Below are positions 1 to 11,104 of a stretch of 64,000 nucleotides of DNA, one piece after another. The position numbers and the translations under genes were made by a program. This DNA is from Polyangiales bacterium (GTDB lineage Bacteria > Myxococcota_A > Polyangia > Polyangiales > Polyangiaceae): positions 13,167-77,166 of the forward strand of contig JBBRNJ010000040.1 of the NCBI GenBank assembly GCA_038230375.1, written 5' to 3'. Numbering within the stretch: position 1 is the stretch's first letter; each line of letters starts with the position of its first letter. The notes under the pieces are model-generated. The model had not been told where the DNA came from. It did no database searches and was given only the letters and a program-made list of their open reading frames with translations.

Positions 1-153
1 GGCTCGAAGGCCGCGACCAACGATCCCACCAAGGCCGCGCCCAAGGCCGCGAGCAACACCGAAAACAAGTCGACCAAGTCGAGCTTCACCATCACACCCA
101 CGCCCATCGTGAACGCCCATGGCGGCGGTGCCGGCGCGTTGATTCGGTTCTGA
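1..153 (+). CDS. 3' end of a probable secreted/outer-membrane-anchored protein (partial)
   Basis: Open frame 1 reads ...SSFTITPTPIVNAHGGGAGALIRF*. The C-terminus resembles that of the TPR protein at 11104-11967 (terminal Phe). Confidence 0.7.
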   Translation, partial: GSKAATNDPTKAAPKAASNTENKSTKSSFTITPTPIVNAHGGGAGALIRF

Positions 154-163
154 GAGGACGACG

Positions 164-454
164 ATGTCAAAGCAGCGTCTGGTATTCGTGATGATCCTTG
201 GCGGCGCGCTTGCGGCGCTCGTGGGGTGTGAGCTGGCAGTGGACTTCGATCGCTCGAAGATCCTGGCGGACTCCACCGACGCGGGCGCGCTCGACGTGTT
301 CGCCCCGACCGACAGCAGCAGCGACGCTGGCAATGGGACCGACAGCGCTGACACCGACGCGGGCACGGCGGTCGACGCTTCGTTCGATGGATCCACGTTC
401 GATGCGTCCTTCGACTCGTCCTTCGATTCGTCCTTCGACGCGAACGATCAGTAG
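164..454 (+). CDS. Small acidic lipoprotein
   Basis: SD GAGGA; signal peptide with lipobox LVGC; Asp/Ser/Ala-rich tail. Confidence 0.8.
   Translation: MSKQRLVFVMILGGALAALVGCELAVDFDRSKILADSTDAGALDVFAPTDSSSDAGNGTDSADTDAGTAVDASFDGSTFDASFDSSFDSSFDANDQ
398..442 (+). repeat. 12-bp coding tandem repeat (TTCGAYKCGTCC, ~3.7 copies; FDAS/FDSS)
   Basis: Read directly from the sequence. Confidence 0.85.
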
Positions 455-504
455 TCGGCGACCAGCACAGTAGAGGCGGCCGCGTCTCTCACGCGATGCA
501 TGAG

Positions 505-542
505 GCCCGCGATGGATGTCCGTCGCGGGCTGTCGTTTTTTT
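505..542 (+). terminator. Probable intrinsic terminator
   Basis: GCCCGCGATGGA/TCCGTCGCGGGC stem followed by a T7 run. Confidence 0.7.
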
Positions 543-711
543 CCGCCCTGGCTGCGTCCGTCTCACACCACACCGAAGAAAAGAGACGACAGTTACAGTC
601 TTTTAACTCTGTGCCCTGCGGATTCCCATAATTTACCCGGCGTCACGAGGGGCCATCTCCCGTGACAACGATTCTCTGCACGCCGCCACTTCACGGGCAC
701 GGGGCAAACAT

Positions 712-3700
712 ATGCGTTCTGCGATTATTCCGATTCTCATTGGCATTGGCGCTCTCATGACGGGCGTCGGTTGCGAAGACGGTCCGAACCAGACCTACAA
801 CCCGTCGCCCGCGGGCGCCGCCGGAAGCTGGAACTACCCCGACGCCGCGATCCTTGCGCCGCTCGGCAACCAGCAGTTCGACGCCGGCTACCCGACCAAC
901 AGCAAGACCTCCCTCTGCAGCACCGACCTGAAGCGTCAGCGCTGGGCGTGGATGCTCACGCAGCCGCTCAAGCCGCCGCGGCAGTATGCCGGCATCGACC
1001 TCGCGAAGAGCGATCTCTGGGAAGGCCTCAAGGTCGACGAGGCCGAGCAGCCTCCGAGCGGCGACCCCGGCCAACCCGGCGGTGGTCTGTGCAACGCAAC
1101 ACCGAACGGCTTCGAGGGCGGATGCCCGAGCGGCTTCGGCGGATGCAACGGCAGCTTCTGGGGCAACAACGCAGAGGTGTTCATCTCCTGGAACGTGTCA
1201 ACGCACCTCATCGACCAGATGCAGATGAACCTCGGCTACACGGGCCGTCTCGAGACGATCAAGTACCCGGACAGCAACGGCGATATGCACTCGTACTCCA
1301 TCGGCATCGGCGATGTGCTCCGGCGCGATGCCGGTGAGGCGTACACGGTCGACTGGAACTCTGCGGGTGGAGCGATGGACGCAGCCGCGCCGCGCATCAC
1401 CAGCATGTTCAACGCCGCCATGGCGACGTTCGCCGGCCCCGCCGGCATCCCATTCGACACGGGTGCATGCTCCAAGGACACCGACTGCTCCGCCGGCTAC
1501 GCGTGCCAGTGCAAACATGACGACATGGCGAACCCCGCCAACTGTACCAAGCCCGCGAAGAGCCAGTGCGGCGTCGCTGACTGCACGGTCGACGGCAACT
1601 GCCTCGAGTACAACGACGGCACGAACACCATCATGGGGTTCCGCCCGCTCGTCGTGTACGTATTCGGCAACTCCGGCATCCCGCAGCCCGCGCTCAGCAC
1701 GCCCACGTCGGTCTACAACTTCTTCTCGAAGGCGCTGCCGTACTCGAACCTCCCGCAGCAAGTGAAGCTCGACGCGGATGGTCCGATCGCGCAGGGCAAG
1801 CCCTCGGGCGCCACGGCCGGTCAGGTGTGCACCCAGCAGCTGGGCCAGACCTTCGGCGACCTCAAGAAGAACTGCGTGCAGGTCCACGGTGACGCGTCGA
1901 ATCCGAAGGGGACCGACACGATCAACTTGAACAAGATCACCCACGGCCTCACCCACGACGAGGAGCACTTCACAGCGAACGTCCTTGGCGTCAACCAGAA
2001 CTTCACGTCGGCGAAGGTCGCCGCGAACCCCGACCTCGTGGTGCTCGACTCGGACGCCCCGCAGGACGCGGACATCGCGCAGGACTGGACGTTCGACAGC
2101 CGCGCCAAGGGCCACGTCCAGAACGATTACGCCGGTCCGAACGGCACGGGCGCCCTCGACGTCCGAGGCACGCGCCTCGTCTTCATCGAGTGGTCGCGCC
2201 TCATGCTCGCCGACATCGCCCGCATCATCGGAAAGCCCGTCCGCAAGCTCGGCGACCCCGCGTGCATCGGCTTCAAGGCCAACGGCAGCCCGAACTACGA
2301 GACGGTCCCCGGCGGCTCTGGCTTCGCGAAGGGCTGCTCCGGCATCGAGGGCCTGATGATCCCGTTCGTCAGCGGCGGCGGCGATTTCACCAAGGACGCG
2401 GCGGGTGACCCTGCGCTCGCGTCCAACTACGACACGGGCAACGTCTTCTATACGAAGGCGAGCCGGCTCAAGCCCGGTGACGTCCACGGCGGCCTCTGCG
2501 TCGACCCCGACACCCAGAAGGACTGCACGTTCGATGCGGGCCTCTCGCTCTGGTACAACGCGTACAATCACGTCATCCGCGTCCTCGGCGACGGCGACGT
2601 CACCGCGGTCCCGCCGGAGCTCCGCGACCGCCGCTACTATTACTACTGGTGGGGCGTTGCCTTCACCAAGTACCTGAAGACCTATGGCAGCTACCCCGCC
2701 GCCAAGCGTGATCAGGTGCCCGACGGCACGCTCAACGGCGGCATCGGCCCCTCGGATGTGGCGAAGCAGGACATCGATCTCGAGTCGTTCTTCTTCGACT
2801 ACGCGAACTCTGGCGGTGGCGAGACCTTCGACAAGTTCGAGTACATCGATCGTGACTTCATCGGCGTTGGCGCCGGAAGCGCGAACAACCCGGCTCCCTG
2901 GGACTTCGAGTACGGCTCGGACACCAAGGCCGGTAACCAGCGCTACGACAACTGGTTCCGCCGCATGGACCGCGAAGAGATCGCCCTCTACTCCGCCATG
3001 CTCACGGACAAGACCAAGACGCCCGGCTCGCAGAACAACGTGAACATCACGAACCTGTTCGGCAGCGACGTCCTCCTCAGCCAGTGGGAGTCGTACGCGT
3101 GCGCCCTCGGCGCGGGCGGAGTCGACGCGATGGGCAACATGAACTGCTTCAGCTCGCCGGCCCTCGACCCGACGGGCATGGTGAGCTGCAAGGCGACCGG
3201 CACCTGCGCAGGCGGCAAGACCTGCGTCCAGGCCCCCTCTCACGAGGTCGGCCCGGTCGCAGTCTGCGGTGTGGCCTGCAACTTCGTCGCGAACCCCAAC
3301 ACCGGTTGCGCGCTGGCGAACCAGGCCTGCGTCTCCAACGACGGCACGGGCGCTGGCGGCGGCTGCGTGAACCTCCAGATGGACCTGAACCCGATCACCT
3401 CGAAGTTCAGCAAGCCCGTGCTGGCGTACTACGAGGGCGTATGGGGCCGGACCCCGTTCCACAAGGGCCATAGCCCCATCACGCTCAAGCAGTCCGACAA
3501 GCGTCCGAACGTCGGCGCCGCGAAGATCACCATCCCGAACTTCAAGGACGGCCCATACACGATGAGCCCCGTGCTCGCGAACAACGGCGCCTGCGACGAC
3601 AAGACCTTCACGCTCAGCCCGAACAAGATCTGGTGCAACGCAGCGCTCAACGCCGGCAGCGGCACGCTGGCGCCGAGCTTCTACACCCTGACACCCTGGC

Positions 3701-4251
3701 TCGAGGTCAAGCCGGGCAACGGCTTCTCGATCCCGATCGACGGCCAGCGTCTGCAAGAGGTGACCACCGGTCAGCTCGACTTCACGGGCGTGCTCGAGAC
3801 GTACATCGTCGATTACCTGCCGTACATCGATGCGGGCAAGCCAAGCTGCATCAGCGACAACAAGTGCAACCAGGGCTTCGTCTGCGATACGGCCACTGCC
3901 GATTGCGTCACGGACGACAACACCGTCTCGATCGCCGCGATCGAGGGGTCGGACTTCCTCGGCGAGGCGTTCCTCTGCGCCGACCCGGCGACCGGCGACG
4001 TGTTCCACATCCGCATGTACGACAGCGCGCTTTCGATCCTCGACTGGCTCGCCACGCACCCGGGTGACTCGTTCAACCCGAGCGCCCAGCAGGCCTGCCA
4101 GATCCTTGTCGCCCGTACGCCCTACGACAACTACGTCGACTACGTCGTGTCGAAGCAGAACGGCGTCATCATCAACGTTGGTCTCGGCGACGGTCAGGGA
4201 CGTGTCACAGACATCGTCCTCTACGACCCCACCCTGGCCCAGGCGCTCTGA
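712..4251 (+). CDS. Large Cys-rich lipoprotein, function unknown (1179 aa)
   Basis: Lipobox GVGC; repeated small Cys modules (CSKDTDCSAGYAC, CISDNKCNQGFVC); strong GC3 codon bias. Confidence 0.9.
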   Translation: MRSAIIPILIGIGALMTGVGCEDGPNQTYNPSPAGAAGSWNYPDAAILAPLGNQQFDAGYPTNSKTSLCSTDLKRQRWAWMLTQPLKPPRQYAGIDLAKSDLWEGLKVDEAEQPPSGDPGQPGGGLCNATPNGFEGGCPSGFGGCNGSFWGNNAEVFISWNVSTHLIDQMQMNLGYTGRLETIKYPDSNGDMHSYSIGIGDVLRRDAGEAYTVDWNSAGGAMDAAAPRITSMFNAAMATFAGPAGIPFDTGACSKDTDCSAGYACQCKHDDMANPANCTKPAKSQCGVADCTVDGNCLEYNDGTNTIMGFRPLVVYVFGNSGIPQPALSTPTSVYNFFSKALPYSNLPQQVKLDADGPIAQGKPSGATAGQVCTQQLGQTFGDLKKNCVQVHGDASNPKGTDTINLNKITHGLTHDEEHFTANVLGVNQNFTSAKVAANPDLVVLDSDAPQDADIAQDWTFDSRAKGHVQNDYAGPNGTGALDVRGTRLVFIEWSRLMLADIARIIGKPVRKLGDPACIGFKANGSPNYETVPGGSGFAKGCSGIEGLMIPFVSGGGDFTKDAAGDPALASNYDTGNVFYTKASRLKPGDVHGGLCVDPDTQKDCTFDAGLSLWYNAYNHVIRVLGDGDVTAVPPELRDRRYYYYWWGVAFTKYLKTYGSYPAAKRDQVPDGTLNGGIGPSDVAKQDIDLESFFFDYANSGGGETFDKFEYIDRDFIGVGAGSANNPAPWDFEYGSDTKAGNQRYDNWFRRMDREEIALYSAMLTDKTKTPGSQNNVNITNLFGSDVLLSQWESYACALGAGGVDAMGNMNCFSSPALDPTGMVSCKATGTCAGGKTCVQAPSHEVGPVAVCGVACNFVANPNTGCALANQACVSNDGTGAGGGCVNLQMDLNPITSKFSKPVLAYYEGVWGRTPFHKGHSPITLKQSDKRPNVGAAKITIPNFKDGPYTMSPVLANNGACDDKTFTLSPNKIWCNAALNAGSGTLAPSFYTLTPWLEVKPGNGFSIPIDGQRLQEVTTGQLDFTGVLETYIVDYLPYIDAGKPSCISDNKCNQGFVCDTATADCVTDDNTVSIAAIEGSDFLGEAFLCADPATGDVFHIRMYDSALSILDWLATHPGDSFNPSAQQACQILVARTPYDNYVDYVVSKQNGVIINVGLGDGQGRVTDIVLYDPTLAQAL

Positions 4252-4279
4252 GCGCGCGAATACAAAGAGAGCCAAGACC

Positions 4280-7200
4280 ATGAACTCCTCTAATACCCGC
4301 GCGATTGCCCTCTTCGGCGCCTTCATCTTGTGGGGCTGCGTCTCTGACCGCCCCGCTCGTAACGGCGTCTTCAACGACAACCAGTACGTCCGGAAGGACT
4401 TCCTGGTCGCTCCGGCCTCCGACGATGGGACCTCCCAGGATCCGGGCTGGTTCGTCCAGACGTCGATCCTCTCGACGTCCACACCCAACCCCCTCGCCAA
4501 CGTGAATGGCGCAGGCCTGTTCGCTGGCGCGCAGGGCATCGGCCCCAACTTCGTCCGCTTCAAGTTCTACCAGGACAAGCTGGAGATGGTGGACGTCCGC
4601 GAGATCAACAACGACCCGATCATCGCGCAGCAGCAGCAGCGTCAGCCCGCCGTGGTCGACGCGTGGCCCTCGACGAACGTTGATCTCAAGTACCGCATCA
4701 ACCTCGATGGCGAGACCACGAACTTCTACGAAGAGAATCAAGAGAACGACTGGCAGGTTCGCCAGTGGGTCAAGATCAACTTCGCGAAGAACGATCTCAA
4801 CGACCTCTTCGCGTTCGGCGGCAACACCAGCCCGGTCATCCTGAAGTGCACCAACTACACGGAGGCCGCTGCCACGCTCGAGCCGGGTTCGTTCGTCACG
4901 AACGAGACCGACAAGACGATGAAGTTCACGGTCAACCTGACGTGGCCGATCTACTTCGATGACACGAACGCGGCCGCCTGCCTCGAGGCTTTCGGCGCGT
5001 CCGGCACGAACTTCTTCCGGACGAACCGGCAGAACGTCACGATGTCGATCGCATACAACTTCGTCCGCCCCGAGAAGGTCGTGGACGGGACGTACGTCCC
5101 AATGCAGGTCGCGGAGAAGGATCCGATCCGCCACAAGTACGGCGCGTTCGAGATGACGCCGCTCTACCGCGACCAGAACTCGGGGCTCCTCAGCGCGCAG
5201 CAGCTGACCATGCGCTTCGATCCGAACAAGGACATCGTCTACTACTTTGCGCCGGGCATGCCGAAGGAGTATCGCGAGTTCTTCGTCAAGACGATGGCCG
5301 ACAAGACGAACGCGAACATCCTCGGGAAGACCGGCGGCAAGACCAAGTCGGGTGACCCCACGAAGCTCAGGTTCCTGAACTTCGATGACTACAAGGACTA
5401 CGGCGACGGCCTTGGCGTCGACGGGCAGGGCGGTCCGAACAAGACCACCATCGGCCGTCAGTACGGTGACCCGCGCTACAGCTTCATCAACTGGCACTCG
5501 GATCTGGACAACGGCTCGGGCCTCCTGGGCATCGCGCAGTTCTTTTCCGACCCGCGTACGGGCGAGACCATCTCGGCGACCGTCAACGTCTTCGAAGGTC
5601 CGTTCAAGGACACCGTCCAGCAGCGCCTCGAGCTGTTCCTCACCACTGTTGGCCAGCAGTACCTGCTCCCGAACGGTGAGTTCGACGACAGCAAGTACGG
5701 CGGCAGCAGCTGCAAGGATGGCGACCAGATCGCGCTCGTGCCCGGCAACGTCGCAGGCCAGCTGAACCAGGCGTCCACGGTCTACGGCAAGATGCAGCAG
5801 TACCTGCAGAAGCCCACGGCGGTCTACGGCTACCTTGGCCCGTCGAACTTCGTTCCGCAGCACAACCAGGACTTCTACAACGCGTACTTCGCGGTCCTCC
5901 CGTACCAGGTGTACTCCGACCCGCAGGCGAACCCGTTCGTCACGCCGGAGATCAACGACTACGTCGCGGCGGGCGCCAAGCACTGGAAGGCGCTCGGCCG
6001 TCAGGCGGAGTTCCACCAGCTCGCCTCGCAGATCGACCACGGCCTGGATCGTACTCCACGGATGGGCCCGACGCGATCAAGGGCGCCGTGGCGTTCGCCA
6101 ACAAGTGGGAGAGCCTCTCGGAGGACGTGAACTACAACCAGTTCGCAAACTTCTACCGCCCTGGCATGCAGGCGGCGGACGACGCGACGCTCTTCTCCTA
6201 CTTCGATGTCTACGCGAAGAATGGTCGCCACTGCGTTGGCGGTAAGTGGGAGTCGCGTGCGGACTACACCACGCACCTCATCACGAGCTTGAACGAGGGC
6301 GTGGCCGTCCACGAGTTCGGCCACACGCTCGGCCTGCGCCACAACTTCATGGGCTCGGTCGATCAGCGGAACTTCCCGCTCGATCCGGTGGGCAAGCCGA
6401 TGATGTTCTCGTCCAGCATCATGGACTACAACCAGTTCATCTCCGAGGCGTTCTTCGAGACGAATGGTGCGAGTACCGGCTGGGGTCCGTACGACGCGGC
6501 GGCGCTCGGCTGGATCTACAGCAACAACCTCTCCGCCAACGCGATCGGCCCCGCGCCGACGCCCATGGGCAGCACGTCGAAGGGCATCTCCGGTCAGGTG
6601 TCGAACACCTTGCCGTGGAAGGACCCGCTCGGCTTCCAGGCCGGCACCACGGAGGTCCCCTACCTCTTCTGCACGGACGACCACCTCGCGTACACGCCGA
6701 TGTGCCGCCAGTACGACATGGGTACGACCCCTGCCGAGATCATGGCGAACGGGATCCAGCAGCGTGAGTGGAACTACCTCTGGACGAACTTCCGCCTGTA
6801 CCACAAGTATGCGGACTTCTCGGCGTACGACGTCAGCGTTGTCCGGGACTTCGGCGAGATGCGCCGCTTCCTGGCCCTCTGGGACTTCGACTGGTCCGGC
6901 GGTGAGCTCACCAACACGCTCCGCCTCATCGGCACGCCGGTGCCCGTCGGCGCCAACGCGGCCGAGTACTACAACCAGCTCACCGACAAGTTCAACACGG
7001 ACATCTCCGTGGCGAACCAGCTCGGTGCGGCCTACCACCGCGCCATCATCGAGCAGGGCTCGGGCGAGCGTCCGTTCATCACCGTCTACGATCCGTTCTT
7101 CGGTGACACCACGCAGCAGGGTATCCAGCTCGACAAGGTCGAAGCGACCACGTCGTTCAGCACGCTCTGGCCGGCGATCAGCAACTTCGATCCCAGCCAG

Positions 7201-7833
7201 GCCGGTAACTTCTACATCTCGTCGGTCGGCGGAACGATCGGCGACTCGACCTACACCACCGTGTCGCAGGCGACCCTCGTCGACTTCCTCGGCGCCGGCT
7301 TCGCGACGTACACGTACGCGCAGCTCGGACCGCTTGCGAACTTCGCGGCCACCACGCACAGCACGAACTACAACGGCAACCCCGCTCTGCAGAGCTGGGT
7401 CGGTGGTTGGGCGTTCGACCGCGAGCGAGATTTTCTCGACTTCGTTCACTCGATCGCCATCAAGAACCAGTTCCAGAACTGCGACGAGAACGGCGTGAAC
7501 TGCAGCCCGTGCAAGACGCTCGACAACTGCACCTGGGATCCCCGCACACAGCAGGTGAAAGCGAGTCACCTGACCCAGTCGGACCGCTACTACCGCTTCC
7601 AGGGTCCGGACGGCCGCACGTACATCTGGGGCTTCCTGAAGAGCCGCAACCAGTGGATCCTGGCCGACAAGGATCGCAACGTTGCCACGTACAAGCTGAT
7701 GCTCGACTGGAACACCGACGTCGTGAACAACCTCGACGACGGCACCGGCGGCGCCCACGCGCTCGAGTTCAAGGTCCGCTACGCAGTCGACGCCTTCCGT
7801 TACTACGACGGACAGGCGCTGGCCGCCCCCTGA
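4280..7833 (+). pseudogene. Zinc-dependent metalloprotease lipoprotein (metzincin), ~1184 aa if repaired; frameshifted at 6050-6051 (mutation or assembly error)
   Basis: Lipobox LWGC after ATG 4280; HEFGHTLGLRH and Met-turn SSIMDY in the second frame; inserting one C at 6050 joins the frames as LD-P-YSTDGPDAIKG. Confidence 0.85.
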
Positions 7834-7856
7834 GTCACCTCAAGAGTGACTGACCA

Positions 7857-7899
7857 GAGCCGCCGCACCTGCAAAGGTCGCGGCGGCTTCTTCTTTTTC
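7857..7899 (+). terminator. Intrinsic terminator
   Basis: GCCGCCGC-ACCT-GCAA-AGGT-C-GCGGCGGC stem then TTCTTCTTTTT; a smaller AGTCAC/GTGACT hairpin precedes it. Confidence 0.8.
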
Positions 7900-7926
7900 G
7901 CACGAAATTGCAAACAGCGACGCTGT

Positions 7927-8436
7927 TCAGAAGCCTTGCCAGTGACCGCTGCGTAGCGAGAATTTGGCGTCGCTGGGCTCTCCGGCGAAGTTGTCGGCAC
8001 TGGGGTGGCGGAAGACCAGGCGGTCCACGTCGTCGTGCTTCATGTCCCAGCGCTCGTCCCACTTGCCGTCGCGCGTGAGGTCTATGAGGACGACGCCGAT
8101 CCAGTGCTCGGGGATGCTGCCGACAAGCTTCACGCGGTAGGGCTGCGATGGGAACACGTCGTCCATGTGGGATTGATTGAGCTGCCCGGAGGCAATGGCC
8201 GCGAAGATCTCGCGGTCCATCTGCCGGAGCTGGACGCCCTGCAGGCGCGGGTCCGTCTTCAGGTTGTAGATCTGACCGCCATCCGGCGCACCGCTGAAGA
8301 TCGTCGCGGAGCTGGACGGTGCAGGGGACGGACGCGAAGGCCGAGAGGAGCGCCAGACCTGTCCGAGGACCGCGCCAACGAGCAGCGCGCCCGCGGCGAT
8401 CGCGAGCTGGCGAATGAGCTTGCTTGAGAGCGCCAT
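7927..8436 (-). CDS. Hypothetical membrane-anchored protein
   Basis: Start re-picked at MALSSKLIRQ; N-terminal hydrophobic helix, Pro/Ser linker, DLTRDGKWD loop. Confidence 0.7.
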   Translation of the reverse strand: MALSSKLIRQLAIAAGALLVGAVLGQVWRSSRPSRPSPAPSSSATIFSGAPDGGQIYNLKTDPRLQGVQLRQMDREIFAAIASGQLNQSHMDDVFPSQPYRVKLVGSIPEHWIGVVLIDLTRDGKWDERWDMKHDDVDRLVFRHPSADNFAGEPSDAKFSLRSGHWQGF

Positions 8437-8504
8437 GACACCCCTACGCCTACGCCCGATCTTGGTGCGAACGCAACCGGTTTGCGCGCCGAATTGTCCG
8501 GGAT

Positions 8505-9884
8505 CTAGTGGTTCGTGGTGAGCAGCTGCGCCACCGCGTCCGCGTCTGCGGCGCAGTCGATGGGTGTATGATGCAGGCGTGAGGTGACGCCTCTGAGCTT
8601 GCCCTCGGCGTACCCGAGCTTCATCTCCGTGAACTTCAGGCCGTGGGCCGTGGACACGAGCACCACGCGGTCTGTCTCCTTCACGTGGCCCTTCGCGCGC
8701 GCCTTTCGCAGCGCTGCGAGCGCCACCGCGGTCTGCGGGCACACGTAGAGCCCACGCACGTCCGCGCGGGCCGCCGCGTCCGCGAGCTCGTTCTCGGTCG
8801 CGTCCTCGGCGATGCCGTTCATCTCACGCAGCGCCCGCATGGCGCGCTCTCCGCTCACCGGCGCACCGATCCGGATCGCCGTGGCGAGTGTCTCACCTGC
8901 CTTGATGGGCGCGATCTCCGATGCGCCAGCGGCCACCGCGCGAACCATGGGATTCGCCGCCTCGGCCTGCGCCACCAGTAGCCGCGGAAGAGAGGACGTG
9001 ACGCCCAGCGCCTTCATCAGGGAAAAGCCCGCATAGAGCGCGGACGCGTTGCCCAGGTTGCCGCTCGGCAGCACCACCCAGTCCGGCACCTCCCAGCCGA
9101 GCTGCGCGGCGATCTCGAAGGCGACGGTCTTCTGTCCCTCGATGCGAAGCGCGTTCATCGAGTTCGCGAGGTACACGCGCCCGCGCGCGGCGAGCTCCGA
9201 CACCACGCGCATGCAGCCGTCGAAGTCCGTGTCGAGCGCGAGGACCTTCGCGCCGTGCGCCAGCGGCTGCACCAGCTGCGCGTTCGAGACCAGACCCTTC
9301 GGGAGCAGCACGCACACAGGCAGACCCGCGAGCGCGCCGTACGCAGCAAGCGCCGCGGACGTGTCGCCCGTGCTCGCGCACGCGATCGCGAGGACATCTA
9401 GCAGGCCTTGTTTCTTCGCCTGGTTCACCACGGACACGAGCACCGTCATGCCCAGATCCTTGAAGCTGCCCGTGTGCGAAGTCCCGCACTGCTTCACGAA
9501 CAGCTCCGGCACGCCCAGGTCCACGCCCGCGCGGTGCGCGTACAGCAGCGGAGAGCGACCCTCACCCGTGCTCACGATGTTCTCGCGAAGGACCCAGGGC
9601 ATCACCCACTCGTGATGCGCCCACACGCCAGACTGCGACGTCTCACGGTCGGGCCCGCTCGAGCCGCCCGGCTGCGCGCGCGTGGCGAGCAGCGACTTCC
9701 ATTCCGAAGCAGAGCGCGCCCGCAGCGCCTCGAGATCGTGCGCGACCTCGAACAGACCGCCGCACGTGGGGCAACGAAACACAGGCGCGTGGAGTGGCGT
9801 CGTGCCCGGGCAGCCGCGGATGCATCGAAACGCAGCGGAGAACGTGGAGCTCGCGGGACCCGTGGAGTCCGTGGTGGAGCTCAT
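8505..9884 (-). CDS. thrC: Threonine synthase
   Basis: HTGSFKDLGM PLP-lysine, CASTGDT, PSGNLGN, TAHGLKF; N-terminal CxxxC/CxxC; ATGA overlap with the upstream gene. Confidence 0.93.
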   Translation of the reverse strand: MSSTTDSTGPASSTFSAAFRCIRGCPGTTPLHAPVFRCPTCGGLFEVAHDLEALRARSASEWKSLLATRAQPGGSSGPDRETSQSGVWAHHEWVMPWVLRENIVSTGEGRSPLLYAHRAGVDLGVPELFVKQCGTSHTGSFKDLGMTVLVSVVNQAKKQGLLDVLAIACASTGDTSAALAAYGALAGLPVCVLLPKGLVSNAQLVQPLAHGAKVLALDTDFDGCMRVVSELAARGRVYLANSMNALRIEGQKTVAFEIAAQLGWEVPDWVVLPSGNLGNASALYAGFSLMKALGVTSSLPRLLVAQAEAANPMVRAVAAGASEIAPIKAGETLATAIRIGAPVSGERAMRALREMNGIAEDATENELADAAARADVRGLYVCPQTAVALAALRKARAKGHVKETDRVVLVSTAHGLKFTEMKLGYAEGKLRGVTSRLHHTPIDCAADADAVAQLLTTNH

Positions 9885-11104
9885 TGCGGTACGCAGCGGA
9901 GAAAATGCGTGAGGCCGGTGCGCGGTCGGCACACCCAGGTCACGAGTCCGGCATCTCCGCTCGCGCGCCTGGGGAGGCAGTCCTCGTCGGTGCAGCAGAT
10001 GTCGCTGCAGACGCCCATGCCGGCGCCGTCGGCCTTGTCGCAGTAGCCGCTCTTGCACTTGGTGCCCAGCGAGCAGCCTGTACCGAAGTCGCTGCCGCCG
10101 ACGGTGCCGCCGTTGCCGAAGCTGTACGTATCGCCGTTGCCGAGAGACTGCGAGTCGCACAGGACGTGGCCCGCTGTCACTGCGGAGCTCAAGCTGCAGC
10201 ACGGTCCCAGGCACGAGTTGGTGGCGCACACCCCGGAGAGGCAGGAGTCAACGGGACCCGGGCACACGTTGGTTGATCCCGCAGCGTAGACCGAGCACGC
10301 GTAGGACTTGTGCGTGGTCCCCTCCACGTCCAGTGGTCTACACTTCGCGCCCAGCACGTCGGCCGGAGTGCCCGCGCAGTTGGCATCCGAACAGCACGAG
10401 TCCGCGCAGACCTTGTGGGTGGCGCCGCCCGAGTCTCCGATGCACTTGCCCGAGCGGCAGTCACTGTCCACGGCGCACACGGCGCCCCCGGACTTTGCGC
10501 CGAGCGTTCGCTTGAGCGAGGCCGCGGGAACGCAGTACTTGCCGCCTGTACCCCGGCCGACACACACGAGGCCCGGGCCGCACTGCTCCGAGGTGCAGCA
10601 CGGAATGGTGCATACTGCACCGACCTTGTTGAAGTAGTCCTGGCCCAGGATCGCGCTGTCCGCGCAGAGCGTCGTGGTGCAGTCGCTCGGCTTCTGGCAC
10701 GTGTGGCCCACGTCGTACGGTGGGACCTCGGCGTCGCCCACGGGGCCGCTCTCCTTGCCGCTCGAGCTGTCCGCGATGCCGGTGTCGCTCGTGCCTGCCT
10801 CGACCACGCCGGACACGCACTGGAGCGTTGCGGGATCGCACGTGAGCCCGCTGGCGCAGGGGTTCGCGAGGCACGACTTGGAGGCGAGGATGCACTGACC
10901 CGTGGCCATCGCGCAGACCTTGCCCGAGGGGCAGGAGGATGGGTCGGAGTCGGAGCAGGTGAATGCCGGCACCGTGCTCCCGACGATCGCCTCGCAGCCC
11001 GTCGCGCTGGCCGCGAGCACGAGCATCAGCGGCGCCACCACGGGCAAGACGCGCAGAAGGCTGCGGAGGGCGGGTGCGCGGCGCGTTCCGGGTGCAGCGT
11101 CCAT
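9881..11104 (-). CDS. Cys-rich repeat lipoprotein
   Basis: Lipobox ATGC; many Cys repeats (CxxxxDCxSGxC, CxxxCC). Confidence 0.85.
   Translation of the reverse strand: MDAAPGTRRAPALRSLLRVLPVVAPLMLVLAASATGCEAIVGSTVPAFTCSDSDPSSCPSGKVCAMATGQCILASKSCLANPCASGLTCDPATLQCVSGVVEAGTSDTGIADSSSGKESGPVGDAEVPPYDVGHTCQKPSDCTTTLCADSAILGQDYFNKVGAVCTIPCCTSEQCGPGLVCVGRGTGGKYCVPAASLKRTLGAKSGGAVCAVDSDCRSGKCIGDSGGATHKVCADSCCSDANCAGTPADVLGAKCRPLDVEGTTHKSYACSVYAAGSTNVCPGPVDSCLSGVCATNSCLGPCCSLSSAVTAGHVLCDSQSLGNGDTYSFGNGGTVGGSDFGTGCSLGTKCKSGYCDKADGAGMGVCSDICCTDEDCLPRRASGDAGLVTWVCRPRTGLTHFLRCVPQ

Noticed and set aside
693..720. GCACGGGGCAAAC resembling the 5' end of a c-di-GMP-I riboswitch
   Set aside because: Runs straight into the start codon; no GNRA-capped P2 stem or P3
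6030..6130. Programmed ribosomal frameshift
   Set aside because: No slippery sequence; a 1-nt deletion explains it more simply
1198..7758. Long antisense ORFs (1198-4563, 4205-6040, 6001-7758) and similar ones elsewhere
   Set aside because: Shadow frames expected from high GC3 bias; no recognisable motifs
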